64,000 nt of DNA from an uncultured Planctomycetaceae bacterium. Lineage in GTDB: Bacteria > Planctomycetota > Planctomycetia > Planctomycetales > Planctomycetaceae. The stretch is taken from contig CAWFGE010000013.1 in assembly GCA_963815195.1 (NCBI GenBank), positions 736,001-800,000 on the forward strand. The letters are read 5' to 3'. Numbering within the stretch: position 1 is the stretch's first letter; every line of letters starts with the position of its first letter. Under the pieces are notes generated by a model. It searched no databases. It saw nothing but the letters and a program-made list of their open reading frames with translations, and was not told where the DNA came from. Of the stretch, positions 30,313-42,200 are shown one piece after another. A program made the position numbers and the translations under genes.

Positions 30313-32099
30313 GGAGCAAAACGAGGTCCAGGCAAATTCAGCGGAGCATGGTTTGTGTCTTCGACGATGAGCCAGTAGCAATCGGACGGCAACCCTGTGT
30401 AGATGTCACTATGGCCCGAAGGCCATTCGACGCGCACATCCACCGGACCGCCGGCGTCCGTCACACCAGCCAGCAGTCGCGAATCCGAGGCTGACAAATA
30501 ACTGCCCCCGCTTGTGATCGGAAAGCGGCGTTCCTGCCCGGCTTCGCGGACGATCACCCGGCCCCCAATCGGGGGCGTCCGCGTGGCGGTCACCAGTTGC
30601 AGGCCGATAAAATGGCGGCCTCGGCGTTCGGTCTGGTTTTGCAGCAAGGCCAGAGGGCGATCGATGTGCGTGACCGCCAGGTCCCAGTCGCCGTCGTTGT
30701 CGTAATCCGCCGCCGCCATACCGCGCCCGACGCAGCGTTCCTGGAAATACGGCCCGGCCAGAGACGAGATGTCGTCAAAATGCCCGGCCCCGTCATTTCT
30801 CAGAAGTTGCGCCGGCATTTCAAACGGTTCTTGCCGCGGCCCGAGAACATGACCATTGGCGACAAACAGATCGCTGGCCCCGTCGAAATCGTAATCGAAC
30901 GCCGCCGTTCCGAATCCCAAGAACTCATAACTCGTGGCGGCGATCCGGGAACGACGGCTCTCATCTTCGAACAGCAGTTGGCCCCGGTTTCGGTAGAACG
31001 TGTTCTTGGCCTGGAAATAATGCGTCAGGAACAGATCAATCCAGCCGTCGCCGTCAAAATCCTGGCAGGCCACGCCCATGCTGGCTTCGTTCTTTCCGTC
31101 CCGGCTGACCGCACACCCGGCTTCCACGGCGACATTTCGATAAGCGGCGGTTTGAGTGCCCGTGCGGGTAAAAAGAAAATTCGCCGCCATGTCGTTGGCC
31201 ACGTAGATCTCGGGCCGGCGGTCCTGATCGAAATCGGCGGCAATCACGGCGAGGCCTTTGCCATCGGGGATGGCAAAACCCAGTTCCCCGGCGGACTCGA
31301 CAAAACGGCCGTCGTTTTGATTGAGATAAACCCGATCGGTCTGCGCCTCATAGTCTCCGGGGCCGCAATACGCTTTGTTCCCGTTAAACTCGCAGACGCG
31401 GTATTTCTCAGGGGGAACGTCCAGATAGTTCACCACGTACAAGTCGAGGTCCCGGTCGCCGTCGAGATCCAGCCACACGGCACTCGTTCCCCAAGAGGCA
31501 TCGTCCACGCCGGCGTGTTGGGCGGCCTCCTCGAAGGTGCCGTCCCCCTGGTTGTGAAATAAAACGTTGCGGCCGTAATTCGTCACGTAGAGATCCGGGA
31601 AGCCGTCCGCGTCAAAATCCCCCACCGTGCATCCGTGTCCGTAGCCGCGGTCGTCCGAGTTTGTGGAAGAGGAGACGTCTTGAAAGCGGCCGTGGTCCAG
31701 GTTTCGGAAGAGGCGGTTTCCGCGGGCGTTTTTCGTCTTGTTGGTGAGCAGTCCGCAGCCATCGCTGGCATACAGATCGAGCAAACCGTCCTGGTCGTAA
31801 TCGAGCCACGCCGCGCCGCCTCCCATGATTTCCGGAAGAAAAAAGCGGTCCGGAACAATGTCGCTGTCCCGCTGGAAATCGATGCCTTGGGATCGAGCCA
31901 CGTCCACAAATCGCGGGACAACGGGGGGGATGGATTCGATGTCGTGCTCAAAGAGTTGCGGGACCTCCGAGACGGACGGGGAGCGCTCGAGAATTGGAGA
32001 TGCGTTGGCCGGCGGTTCGGCGTTTTGCGGCGCACAGCCGGCGCAGAGGAGCGCGAACCCGGCTACAAATCCGAAGCGAACTCGGAGGCAATCCAACAC
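30309..32099 (-). CDS. CRTAC1 family protein (FG-GAP/VCBS repeats plus ASPIC/UnbV), probable lipoprotein
   Basis: DYDQDGLLDLY, GDFDADGFPDLYV, ASMGVAC, GGSYLSASDSR, VEWPSG. Confidence 0.92.
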   Translation of the reverse strand: MLDCLRVRFGFVAGFALLCAGCAPQNAEPPANASPILERSPSVSEVPQLFEHDIESIPPVVPRFVDVARSQGIDFQRDSDIVPDRFFLPEIMGGGAAWLDYDQDGLLDLYASDGCGLLTNKTKNARGNRLFRNLDHGRFQDVSSSTNSDDRGYGHGCTVGDFDADGFPDLYVTNYGRNVLFHNQGDGTFEEAAQHAGVDDASWGTSAVWLDLDGDRDLDLYVVNYLDVPPEKYRVCEFNGNKAYCGPGDYEAQTDRVYLNQNDGRFVESAGELGFAIPDGKGLAVIAADFDQDRRPEIYVANDMAANFLFTRTGTQTAAYRNVAVEAGCAVSRDGKNEASMGVACQDFDGDGWIDLFLTHYFQAKNTFYRNRGQLLFEDESRRSRIAATSYEFLGFGTAAFDYDFDGASDLFVANGHVLGPRQEPFEMPAQLLRNDGAGHFDDISSLAGPYFQERCVGRGMAAADYDNDGDWDLAVTHIDRPLALLQNQTERRGRHFIGLQLVTATRTPPIGGRVIVREAGQERRFPITSGGSYLSASDSRLLAGVTDAGGPVDVRVEWPSGHSDIYTGLPSDCYWLIVEDTNHAPLNLPGPRFAP

Positions 32100-32162
32100 A
32101 ACACGCGCTCATGAACCGCAGGGAAGGACCGAAGGATTGAGCCAACGGGATTCTTGGGGGTG

Positions 32163-33188
32163 TCAGAATCCTCCAACAATGTCGTTGCCGTCGCGACTGC
32201 CCAAAGCCCACCAGACATTGATGGAGATGTTGTCGCTGGCGAATCGCACTGAACCGTCGGCCAATGCGAACTGGGCCCCGCCGGTGTGATAGCTGGAAGC
32301 GGACATCGCGGTGTTGCCCCCCCAGTCGCCGTCGTAAGCGTGGCAGGGCTTTTCGTTGGGCCCCATGACGTGGGAATACACTGAGCCGTTTCCCACGAAA
32401 GACCAGGCCCAGGAGGCGCCGCGCATTTCGTTCCGCCCGGGATCGGCTTGGGCCATGTTATTCGTCTGATTGATGCAACCCTGCCGCATTTGCTGCGGGC
32501 TTCCGAAACTGGTCCAGTCATGCACCTGGTGGTTGGCTTGCCAACTTCCCGCGGGATACGTCCCTGTGGGGGCGATCACAAATTCCGCGTACGCCGCGGT
32601 GTTGGAGGCGCCATCGGTGATGTTGCGAAAACTCACCGTGGTATCCGCCGCAACGCCGGGGTCGCCCATGTAGGCGGCGACGCCGTTATGGTCCCCTTGC
32701 CGGCCTCGTCCATTGAGGCCCGGCGTGCCGTTGTTGATGGCATAAGTAAAGTTGGCCCGGCCGCCCGCGGTCATGGTGGCGTTGGAAGGGCAATTGAATA
32801 TCGGGATCCGCAGGCTCTGCCCCGCGATATTGTCATTCCCAAACCAGCCGCGCGAGTCCCAGGGACGCTGACTGAAGTTCGTCAGCTTATATTCAGGGGA
32901 ACGGTCCAGATAGGGGAGCAAAAAGACTTTATCCGAGAAATTGCCGCGCTGGCTTCCGTCGGGATGCCAACCCACGCTGATGGGGAACATCCCATACGTC
33001 GACTGATAGTTGTGCATCGCCAGAACAATCTGCTTGAGATTGTTCTTGCATTGGCTCCGCCGGGCCGCTTCCCGCGCCTGCTGCACCGCGGGCAGCAACA
33101 AGGCGATCAAGATTGCAATGATGGCAATGACGACAAGAAGCTCAATCAGGGTAAAAGCTCTTCGCCACGTTTTGATCTGCCGAATCAT
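32163..33188 (-). CDS. DUF1559 prepilin-type N-terminal cleavage/methylation protein
   Basis: [52 protein letters not shown]-x9-DG motif [12 protein letters not shown]. Confidence 0.95.
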   Translation of the reverse strand: MIRQIKTWRRAFTLIELLVVIAIIAILIALLLPAVQQAREAARRSQCKNNLKQIVLAMHNYQSTYGMFPISVGWHPDGSQRGNFSDKVFLLPYLDRSPEYKLTNFSQRPWDSRGWFGNDNIAGQSLRIPIFNCPSNATMTAGGRANFTYAINNGTPGLNGRGRQGDHNGVAAYMGDPGVAADTTVSFRNITDGASNTAAYAEFVIAPTGTYPAGSWQANHQVHDWTSFGSPQQMRQGCINQTNNMAQADPGRNEMRGASWAWSFVGNGSVYSHVMGPNEKPCHAYDGDWGGNTAMSASSYHTGGAQFALADGSVRFASDNISINVWWALGSRDGNDIVGGF

Positions 33189-33452
33189 ACCCGCCTCCGA
33201 TGGTCAAGAATCTGACTGTTCGAAAAGATGAACCTGTAAGATGAACCATTGGCAAAAACAGCAATCGCTGAATGAAATCCGAAGAGGTGATTTCGATGTT
33301 AGATTTGGGAGTTGGGGATTGTTATGTAGTAGGTAGAATATGTGCCGCAATGTCAAGGATTCTCACGGCGAATCACAATTTTTTGTGAATTTTTCAGCCA
33401 AACCGCTGATCTCAATTCGGACAAAACCTGATCCCGTTTGCCGGGTCGTTCC

Positions 33453-33525
33453 TCAATTCCTTGTCACACCGTGGTTTTTTCAATTCCTTGTCACACCGTG
33501 GTTTTTTCAATTCCTTGTCACACCG
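33453..33525. repeat. 27-bp tandem repeat, about 2.7 copies
   Basis: TCAATTCCTTGTCACACCGTGGTTTTT at 33453 and 33480, partial copy at 33507. Confidence 0.95.
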
Positions 33526-33595
33526 CCTCCGCTCCACGCGAACCGGCAACAGCTGCCTCAAGACTTGCCCCGTACATTTTGCCGCGACAGTTTAA

Positions 33596-34228
33596 CTAAG
33601 GCCCGGCCTTCTTTTCCGGTTCTGATTCGGGTTCCTTATTCTCTGGGGGTGGCTGCCGTCGTTTTTCGCGTTCCCCTTCCAGGTTGAAGACAAACACATT
33701 CTCCTCCGGATCCGAGGTGACCTTCATTCGCAATGGGGAACTGCGATGCGTCAAATACTTTGAGGGAACGAGACCCGCCGGAGGGCCGCCTCCCGTTGAG
33801 GGGCCGAAGCTAAACACCGCCACCACGTGCTCTCCCACATAGGCGCCGGGGTGATACTTCCCGTCAACTTGCGTCATCAATTCGAAGCGGCCGTCTTGAT
33901 CCAGAATCGACAAGCCGCCGAACAGTCCATTGCGGGGATACTCGGTGACGATGCTGCCTTCCGTCACCGGCTTTCCCTTGTACAACACCTGCCCCGTGAC
34001 CTTCACGAGAGGCGGCGTATCGTCCAGAGACAGCAGCCGCTCCCAGGTCAATTGGCCGTCCGGACTGTTCCACCACACGGAAACGAACCACCCCGCGATT
34101 CCCAGTATCAAACCGAAGAGAAGCAGGGGGACCACGAATCGCCTCCGCGGCGGGGCGGCGGACTGAGGCGGGTTGGGTTCGGCGAGAGTTTCGGTTGCGA
34201 AGTCGTTTGGAGGATTGGCATCGCTCAT
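33596..34228 (-). CDS. Membrane-anchored carboxypeptidase-regulatory-like protein typical of DUF1559 loci
   Basis: VTGQVLYKGKPV, DQDGRFEL, GAYVGEHVV, VPSKY...SPL. Confidence 0.8.
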   Translation of the reverse strand: MSDANPPNDFATETLAEPNPPQSAAPPRRRFVVPLLLFGLILGIAGWFVSVWWNSPDGQLTWERLLSLDDTPPLVKVTGQVLYKGKPVTEGSIVTEYPRNGLFGGLSILDQDGRFELMTQVDGKYHPGAYVGEHVVAVFSFGPSTGGGPPAGLVPSKYLTHRSSPLRMKVTSDPEENVFVFNLEGEREKRRQPPPENKEPESEPEKKAGP

Positions 34229-34247
34229 GGTTGGGCCTCAAATGCCA

Positions 34248-36041
34248 TTAAGGAGACGGAAGAGATAGGACGGACGGGAACGTTTTTGACGAGGATGGTT
34301 CGATGATGACATAATGCTCGCCGAATTTCATCCCCTGGACCGTGGAGATCAAACCGCTCGGCCATCGGACTTCCGCGCGGAGCGGCCCCGAACCGATCGC
34401 TTTGGCCACGATCTGCCGCAGGTCGTGCGCGGACAGATAACTTCCGCCGCCTTGGACTTGCTCCACGAACACCCGCCCGCCCGCGGAGACGGTTAACACG
34501 GCACCCACGGCGTCGCGATTGCTTTGCGTTCCCACGAGACGAAGCGAAACCGAATCCCCGCCCGCGCTCGACACGGTGGAGCGATCATTCCGGAGCAAAG
34601 CCGGCGTCTGATCCTGGAGGGTGACGACAATGTCCGTGTCGCCGTCGTTGTCCAAGTCCACCGCCGCCAATCCCCGCCCGGGATGCAGTGCCTCGAAAAA
34701 CGAGCCGACGCCGCGTTTCAATTGATCGAACCGGGTTCTGTTGTTCCGCCATACGATCGTCGGTTGCGCGTAGGGCGAATCTCTTCCCAGGAGTTTCAGG
34801 TTGTCGTCCACGTGGCCGTTGGTCACGATGAGGTCCTTCCAGCCGTCGAGATCGAAATCGACGAACGCGGTGCCCCAGCCGACCCAGGCCTGGCTCCCCG
34901 CGGCCAGTCCCATGGCCCGCGACCGATCGTCAAAGATCGCGGCGTGATTGTTGAGATACAGCGTGTTCGCGTCGCGTTCAAAATTGGTGACGAACAGATC
35001 CCAAAATCCATCGCCGTTGACATCGCCCCCGGCCACGCCCATGCCCGCTTGAGCCGCTCCCTGGAAGCTGTAAGCCGCCCCCGACGCTTCCGAAGCATCT
35101 TGAAACCGTCCGCCGCCCATGTTCAGAAACAGCGCATTGGGATGCAAATCGTTTCCCACGTACAAATCCACCAACCCATCGCGATTCACGTCGGCGGCGA
35201 GCACGCCCTGGGCTCGGCCGGAGCGACTGGCCAACGGCGTTTCTCGGGCGACATTTTGAAACCGCCCGTCTCCCAAGTTCCGGAAGAGGCAGTCCGGTTC
35301 CGGGCGGACCGATTGAGGATGGCAGAAGATCCGCACATTCCGCTCGCGGTCGCCGCAGAAGCGGTTGTCTTCATAGGTCCACTGGGCATAGTTGCAAACG
35401 TAGAGATCCAAAAGCCCATCCTGGTCGTAATCCAAAAACGCGGCCGAGGTGCCCCATTTCTCGTCCGCGGCGCCGGCGAGTTCGCTCACATCCGCGAACG
35501 TTCCGTCCCCGAGGTTCTCGTACAGCCGGTTGGCCCCAAAACACGATACATAGACATCGGGGAAGCCGTCGGCGTTGTAATCGCCCACGGCCAGTCCCGC
35601 GCTGTATCCCGCGTTCGGAAATCCAGCGCCTTCCGTCACGTCGGCAAACTTCCAGGCCCCCAAATTTCGGTACAGCCGATTCCAAGAACGTCCCTTGCGG
35701 GGCGGAAGCGGAAACGGCTGGCCGGAGGCAAAATACAGGTCGTAGCGGCCGTCGAGATCGTAATCGAGCGCGGCCGCGCCGCTGCCGTTTGTCGCCGGAA
35801 ACGGTTTTTCCGGGGAGTTCCCGCTGACGTGCCGGAAGTCGATGCCCGTTTCTTTCATGCGGGTCAAGCGGATGGGGCTCTTGCCCGCTGGAGCGATCTG
35901 TTCGGCGGAATCCTGAGCGCGGGCCGGTCCTGACGAGCGGGGCTCGGAAGGGGCGGACGGTTTTGTGATCCACCAAACCGCCGCGAATCCCAAGCCGCCC
36001 AGAAACCCGATCGCCAACAACCAGCCCGAACGCGAGAACAT
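34248..36041 (-). CDS. CRTAC1 family protein (FG-GAP plus ASPIC/UnbV), second paralog
   Basis: DYDLDGRYDLY, GDYNADGFPDVYV, AGMGV, SNRDAVGA, GGGSYLS, VRWPSG. Confidence 0.92.
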   Translation of the reverse strand: MFSRSGWLLAIGFLGGLGFAAVWWITKPSAPSEPRSSGPARAQDSAEQIAPAGKSPIRLTRMKETGIDFRHVSGNSPEKPFPATNGSGAAALDYDLDGRYDLYFASGQPFPLPPRKGRSWNRLYRNLGAWKFADVTEGAGFPNAGYSAGLAVGDYNADGFPDVYVSCFGANRLYENLGDGTFADVSELAGAADEKWGTSAAFLDYDQDGLLDLYVCNYAQWTYEDNRFCGDRERNVRIFCHPQSVRPEPDCLFRNLGDGRFQNVARETPLASRSGRAQGVLAADVNRDGLVDLYVGNDLHPNALFLNMGGGRFQDASEASGAAYSFQGAAQAGMGVAGGDVNGDGFWDLFVTNFERDANTLYLNNHAAIFDDRSRAMGLAAGSQAWVGWGTAFVDFDLDGWKDLIVTNGHVDDNLKLLGRDSPYAQPTIVWRNNRTRFDQLKRGVGSFFEALHPGRGLAAVDLDNDGDTDIVVTLQDQTPALLRNDRSTVSSAGGDSVSLRLVGTQSNRDAVGAVLTVSAGGRVFVEQVQGGGSYLSAHDLRQIVAKAIGSGPLRAEVRWPSGLISTVQGMKFGEHYVIIEPSSSKTFPSVLSLPSP

Positions 36042-36095
36042 GTCTAAATGATCTTCTCCAGGAGTCGTATTTCGAACAAGGACATCGCTGTGACA

Positions 36096-37397
36096 TTAAA
36101 ACTGATGGATCGGCAGGCGATCGAGCGAAGGCAACGGCCCGCGCTCGCGAATCGCGTTCGCCAAGTCGCGGACGAGCGGATCTTTGGCGTCTTCTTTGAT
36201 GAGGCCCGCGGCCACGACCTCGGCTTCCGACCAGTTGCCCGCGCTCGCGAAGCGGTGGGCCAGAATGAACCGCGACCAGAAACTCCGCGGCGCTTCGATC
36301 AGGGCCTGCTCGATGGCCGATTTGCGCTTCTCCGCCTTTCGCAATTCCTCCCCGCGGCGTTGCCATTCGACCGCGAGGCCGTCCTGCTTCAACAGGCGAT
36401 AGGCCCGCTGCATCTCGTAGGCCGTGCTGCTCCGTTCGGCATGGACTTCAATCAACGCCGCGAGCCAGTCCAGGGCTTCTCGAGGGCTTCCCCGCCCCAG
36501 CGCGGCGTTCGCCAACTCTTCGCGGGCATCGTGATTGAGGTGTTCGATTTCGACGGCTTTTTTCCACGCGGCCTCGGCTTTCGCCACGTCCCCCAATTGC
36601 AGAGAGGCTTTTCCCAGACCGACCAACGATTCCGCGGACGGCCGCTCCCGGAGACTGCGGATGAGCAGGTCGCGTGCGGCCTCGGGGTGTCCGCCCTCCA
36701 ACAGGACGGATCCAGACATTGCGAAAAACTCATCGGGACGCACTTGCAAATCTTCCGCGTTGGGGCGAAGCTCGAGCACTTCTTTCCAGGCTTTGATCGC
36801 CGAAGGGACATTCTTTTGGATGCGATGAATCTCGCCCACGAGAACCAAACCTCGCGCTCGATTCCCCGGAATTTCCGCCGCCCGATTGGCCGATTCGAGG
36901 GCTTCGGCGTACCGGCCGAGTTGAATGCGGCAGACGGTGAGTTCATGGAGCGCATCTTCGTTCTCGCCGATTTGTCCCAGCAACAGCACCAGCACGCCTT
37001 CCGCCCGGCTCCATTGAGACAGGTGCAGCAAAGCCGTGGCGTACGCCCGATGGGCGCGGACCGTGTTCGACCCCACCTGATTGAAAATCGCGACCGCCTC
37101 CGCCCAGCGACCCAATCCCGCCAGGGCTTCCGCTTTCAAAACCAAAAACCTCGTGCTCGGTCCCTGCCGGCGTTCAAAGGTTTGGGCCAGATTCCAGGCA
37201 TCCCGATATTCGTGGGCTTCAATCCGCGCATCGATTTCCGCCAAAGGCCGGTCCATCCACCACAACACGCCGCTGATGGAACCCGAAACCAACACCAACA
37301 CCACCGCCAAGAAAACCATCAAGCGCCGGAGTTTTGGGTGCCAGGGCGTTGTTCGTTTGGGAGAGCGCAGACCGCTCGCTTCGGATTCAATAACCAT
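36096..37397 (-). CDS. Membrane-anchored TPR protein
   Basis: N-terminal TM and multiple TPR-like repeats (LGRWAEAV, LGRYAEAL, LGDVAKAE). Confidence 0.82.
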   Translation of the reverse strand: MVIESEASGLRSPKRTTPWHPKLRRLMVFLAVVLVLVSGSISGVLWWMDRPLAEIDARIEAHEYRDAWNLAQTFERRQGPSTRFLVLKAEALAGLGRWAEAVAIFNQVGSNTVRAHRAYATALLHLSQWSRAEGVLVLLLGQIGENEDALHELTVCRIQLGRYAEALESANRAAEIPGNRARGLVLVGEIHRIQKNVPSAIKAWKEVLELRPNAEDLQVRPDEFFAMSGSVLLEGGHPEAARDLLIRSLRERPSAESLVGLGKASLQLGDVAKAEAAWKKAVEIEHLNHDAREELANAALGRGSPREALDWLAALIEVHAERSSTAYEMQRAYRLLKQDGLAVEWQRRGEELRKAEKRKSAIEQALIEAPRSFWSRFILAHRFASAGNWSEAEVVAAGLIKEDAKDPLVRDLANAIRERGPLPSLDRLPIHQF

Positions 37398-37713
37398 GAC
37401 CGCGAAAAGAGATGAGCATCAAAATGACCGGGGGGGACACAAACATCTTGATCCGCCGCTTTGGGAACGTCAAGTTGAATGCCTCCGCGTGCACGTGGGG
37501 GCGTCAATCCGATGACCGAACACCCCGGGGGAACGAGGCTCGAATTGCGGAGCACCTCACAGACGAAGTCTGGGCGGCAAAGGGGTCTGCCCCGGTTTCT
37601 CATTCCCGGACGGGTTGGTGAAAATCCAGTGGAACCACGAAAGTGTCTTGTTATACTCGTGAACACAATCGCCTCGGAGAATCCAAGTGTAGAATTCTTA
37701 TGGGAGGGACAGC

Positions 37714-39074
37714 TTGAACGACACCCTGTTCTCGTATTGGGAAGGTCCCAAGTCGCCGCTGATCGAGATTTGCCAGGAGTCTTTGTACCGCTGGAATCCG
37801 GGGAACGTGGTCTTTTTGGGGCCGGGCGATGTTCCGCCCGAGATTCTCGAGGAGACCTCGGGCCTTTCGCGGGCCTATCGTTCCGACCTGGTTCGGCTTT
37901 GGGCGCTACTGCATCATGGTGGGATATGGATCGACGCCGACACTCTTTGCGTCGGCGAGGTGACGGAAATCTCGCAGATCCCGGATTTGGATCTGTTTGG
38001 CGTCTATAATCCGCATCAAACGCGGGGCTGGGGCGCGGACGGGATCCTGGGATCGCCTCTCGGCGGCCGCCGGTATTCGCCGGTGCTCAAGGAAATGTAC
38101 GAGGAATGTCGCGACTCGCTGCGGAAGCTGAAATCCGGCAAGAAAATCCGCTATGGCTCGACGTCGGTGGGGCTTGCCTCCGCGGCGTGGAAAACGCATC
38201 GCGGCCAAGCGTGCGTCCGGCGAAAGCAACATTGGCAACTGCATCCCGTGCCTTGGTACCGGGCGCGGAGGGTCTTTTTCCAGAACCACCCCGCGCACAA
38301 ACACGAATTTCGATCGCATTGGAATCCGAATGCCAAGCTCTATCACCTGGGCAATGTCGTGACCAAAGCCTGGCGGAACCATTCACGGAAACAACTTCTT
38401 CGCGGCTCGACGTTCTTGGCTTTTCTCGTGCAGAAGGCGCTTTCGCGCGGGCCGGCCTTACCGGGACGATCGCGCGCAATCCTCAAGCGGCTTCCCGAAG
38501 GGCCGGTTCGGGCGCGGAAGTCGGCGTGTTCCGCGGCGTCAATGCGCGGCATCTGCTGCAACAAAAGAAGAACCTCGAATTGTTGCTCGTGGATTTGTGG
38601 AGCGCTTATCCCGCGGGCGGCTATCGCCAAACGGGCGATTACCAATCCAGGTTTTCGCAGGAGCGTTGGGATTATGTGTTCGAGAAGGTTCTCCCCCGCC
38701 ATCTGGGCTTCGCGAACGACCGGTTTGTCATCGATCGCCGGGACTCGGCGGAAGCCGCCGGGGCTGTCCGCGACCGGGCTTTGGACTTTGTGTTTATCGA
38801 CGGCGACCATTCCTACAAAGCCGTGAGCCGAGACATCACCTGTTGGGCTTCGAAAGTGAAACCCGGGGGCTTCATCGGCGGCCACGACTACAACCATCCC
38901 AAAGAAGGCTCCGGCTACGGCGTCCAAAAAGCCGTGGACCGATTCGCCCGGCAGCTTGCCGTCAAGATCGAAGTCGGCGACGACCGGACCTGGTTTCTTT
39001 CCATCGATCACACGCTCGCCCAGCGCCTTGCCAATCGCCCGGCGGCCGAAGGTCATGCCGCGGCCATCGAATGA
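37714..39074 (+). CDS. DXD glycosyltransferase (GT32/capsular polysaccharide synthesis-like) fused to a class I SAM methyltransferase (frameshift near 38510)
   Basis: YWEG, RSDLVRLWALLHHGGIWIDAD; then AEVGVFRG, LVDLW, DFVFIDGDHSY, VKPGGFIGGHDY. Confidence 0.82.
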
Positions 39075-39201
39075 AAAGGCCGAGGCTCACCCGCGTTGCC
39101 TGAGGGGTTTCGCGGAGCCTGTCCCGTTTGCTAACCTGGAAGGCTCACCCTTTGGGATTTTCACTCGGCCTTTTCGGTGGTTTTGATAGAGGACCGTTCT
39201 G

Positions 39202-42200
39202 ATGCGAAGCGCGTGGTTGGTTTTTTTGATGTGTTTGTTCTGTGCGACCGCCCGGGCCGCGGAGCCGGACAACAAGGCGCCCGAGAAGAAAGCCAGCAAA
39301 CCCATCAAGGCCCTGCTGGTGACGGGTGGATGCTGCCACGATTACGACCGGCAGAAATTAATTCTGACCAAAGGCATCTCCGCGCGGGCCAACGTGGAAT
39401 GGACCATCGTGCAGCAAGGCGGCAAGACGACGAATGCCAAGATTCCTCTGTATGAAGATCCCAACTGGGCCAAGGGCTTCGACATCGTCGTGCACAACGA
39501 ATGTTTCTCGAACGTCCCGGACGTGGAATGGGTCGAGCGGATCCTCAAGCCGCACCGCGAAGGCGTGCCCGCGATTTTGATCCACTGCGCGATGCACTGT
39601 TACCGCACGGGCACCGACAAATGGTTCGAGTTCGTCGGCATGCAATCGCCCGGCCACGGGCCGCATTATTCCTACACGGTCGAAAACCTCAAACCCGAGC
39701 ATCCCATCATGGAAGGCTTCGGGCCGCGGTTCGTGGCGCCCAAGGGGGAACTGTATCACTCGATCAAGCTCTGGCCCTCGGCGACGGCGCTCGGCCAGGC
39801 GAAACGCCAATCGGACAACCAGCCGCAAACCTGCATTTGGACCAACGAATACGGCAAGGCCCGCGTGTTCTGCACGACCATCGGCCACTACAACGAAACC
39901 ATGGCCGAGCCCAAGTATCTCGATCTGGTCGCCAGGGGCATGCTCTGGGCTTTGAAGCGGGATCCCAAAAAAGAATTTCAGCCCACCACCAATAAGATCG
40001 ATGAAGAGATCAAAACCCTCATCAATGCTCCGGTGTCTTCCTCTTCCGAAAAGACTTCGCTGCTGCCGCAGAAGTGCTGCGGGGACGGGAACCTTGTCAC
40101 CGATCGGCCCACCAAAGCCAGCAGCGAGGAGACCGGCAAAAAGAATTTCGCGAAGAACGCGGTCGATGGCGATCTGCGAACCCGCTGGTGCGCTGCGGGG
40201 GCTTCGACCGGCGAGACCTGGCAAGTCGAACTCGCGGAGCCGGCCCACGTGCGGTCGTTGCGGATTCACTGGGAAAAGGCGGGGACCGCGTACTGTTACA
40301 AAATCGACGCTTCCAAAGATGGCCAGACCTGGAGCACGATCGTCGATCAGTCGAAAAACAAGAAGGCCGCGAAAATCACGCCGCACGAGGTGGATGTTCC
40401 CGATGCGAAATTTCTGCGGGTGGCGTTTCTGGGTTCGAGCACCGGCGTGTGGGGCAGCTTCTGGGAGTTCGAAGCCTACACGGGCGACCTGCCGGAACTT
40501 CCCGAGGGTCTAATCCGCGAAGCTGGCGATGCCCCCGCCGCGAGCATCGCCGACGTCGAGGCTCCGCCGGGCTTTGATGTCAAGCTGTTCGCCAAACCGC
40601 CGGAGCTGAATTATCCGGTTTGCCTCACCGCGGCCCCCACGGGGGAACTCTTTGTCGGCGTCGATGAGCAAGGTTCGCTGGGCAAGCAGCCGGACCGCGG
40701 GAAAATCCTGCGGCTGATCGATCGCGATGGCGACGGCGAGGCGGAACTCATCAACGAGTTCGCCAAGATCGACCATCCCCGCGGGCTGATTTACGACCAA
40801 GGCACGTTGTGGGTGCTGCATCCGCCGTTTTTGAGCGTGCTTCACGATGATGACCTCGACGGCGTGAGCGATCGCCAGGAAACGCTCATCACGGGCATCA
40901 GCACCGATCAGGTCAACAAGCGCGGAGCCGACCACACCACCAACGGCATCCGCATGGGCATCGACGGTTGGATCTATATTGCGGTCGGGGATTTTGGGTT
41001 TATCAACGCCAAGGGAACCGACGGCAAAACCCTGACACACCGCGGCGGCGGAATCGTGCGGGTCCGGCCCGACGGCACCGAGATGGAACTCTTCTGCCAG
41101 GGCCTTAGAAACATTTATGATGTTTCGATCGATCCCTATCTCAACATTTTCACCCGCGACAACACCAACGACGGCGGCGGCTGGGACATCCGCGTCAGCC
41201 ATATCTTGCAGTCGGCCCATTACGGGTATCCGTCGCTGTTCAAAAACTTCACCGATGAAATCATGCCACCGCTCGGCGACTACGGCGGCGGCTCGGGCTG
41301 CGGGACAATGTATTTCCACGACCTCCGCTGGCCCAAAAAATTCGGCGATGCCCTTTACACCTGCGATTGGGGCCGCAGCGAAGTTTACGTTCACAACCTT
41401 CCCGAAACGCCGCCCACGTTCGCAGGCCATCAGGATGTCTTTCTAAAGATTCCCCGGCCCACCGACATCGATGTGGACGGCAGCGGGCGGATGTACGTCA
41501 GCAGTTGGAAGAACGGCAAGTTCGACTACAGCGGCCCCGACGTGGGCTTCATCGCCCAGATCACTCCCAGCAATTTTCTGCCCAAGCCGTTTCCCCGCCT
41601 GGCCGAGAAATCGGTCCCGGAACTCATCGAGTATTTCGCCTCGCCGAGCGCAGCGTATCGCTTGCACAGCCAGCGTGAAATCCTGCGAAGAGGCCGGGAT
41701 CCGAAAACATCCGAATGGCTAATAGTCATGGCCGCCGATGCCCAGGCTCCCACCTATGCCCGGATCGCGGCGATCTTTACGCTGGGGCAATTGGACGGAG
41801 CCGAGTCGCATCCGCCGCTTTTGAAACTGGCCAAAAACGCCAAGGTCCGCGAGTTCGCATTGAAAGCCCTCACGGACCGCAAAAGCCAATTGCAGGACGT
41901 GCCCGCGGAGCCGTTCGTCGCGGCTCTTCAAGATGAAAACCCCTGGGTGCGGGCGCAGGCCCTGATGAGCCTGGGCCGACTGGGAAAACCCGAAGCGGCC
42001 GAGAAGATCATTCCCCTCACCACCCGGTCGAAAGACGAACCCGCCCCGACCAAGACGCCGCTGTGGAACCAACCGGACCGCGGGCGGGTCATTCCGCATC
42101 TCGCCGTGCAAGCCCTGGTGAAACTCGGGGCCGATGAAGCCTGCCTCAAAGCCCTGGACGGCCCCAATCGCGCGGGGGCCTTATGGGCGCTGCGTTATCT

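Noticed and set aside
33453..33525. Possible mini-CRISPR
   Set aside because: The 8-bp linkers are identical, so it is a simple tandem repeat
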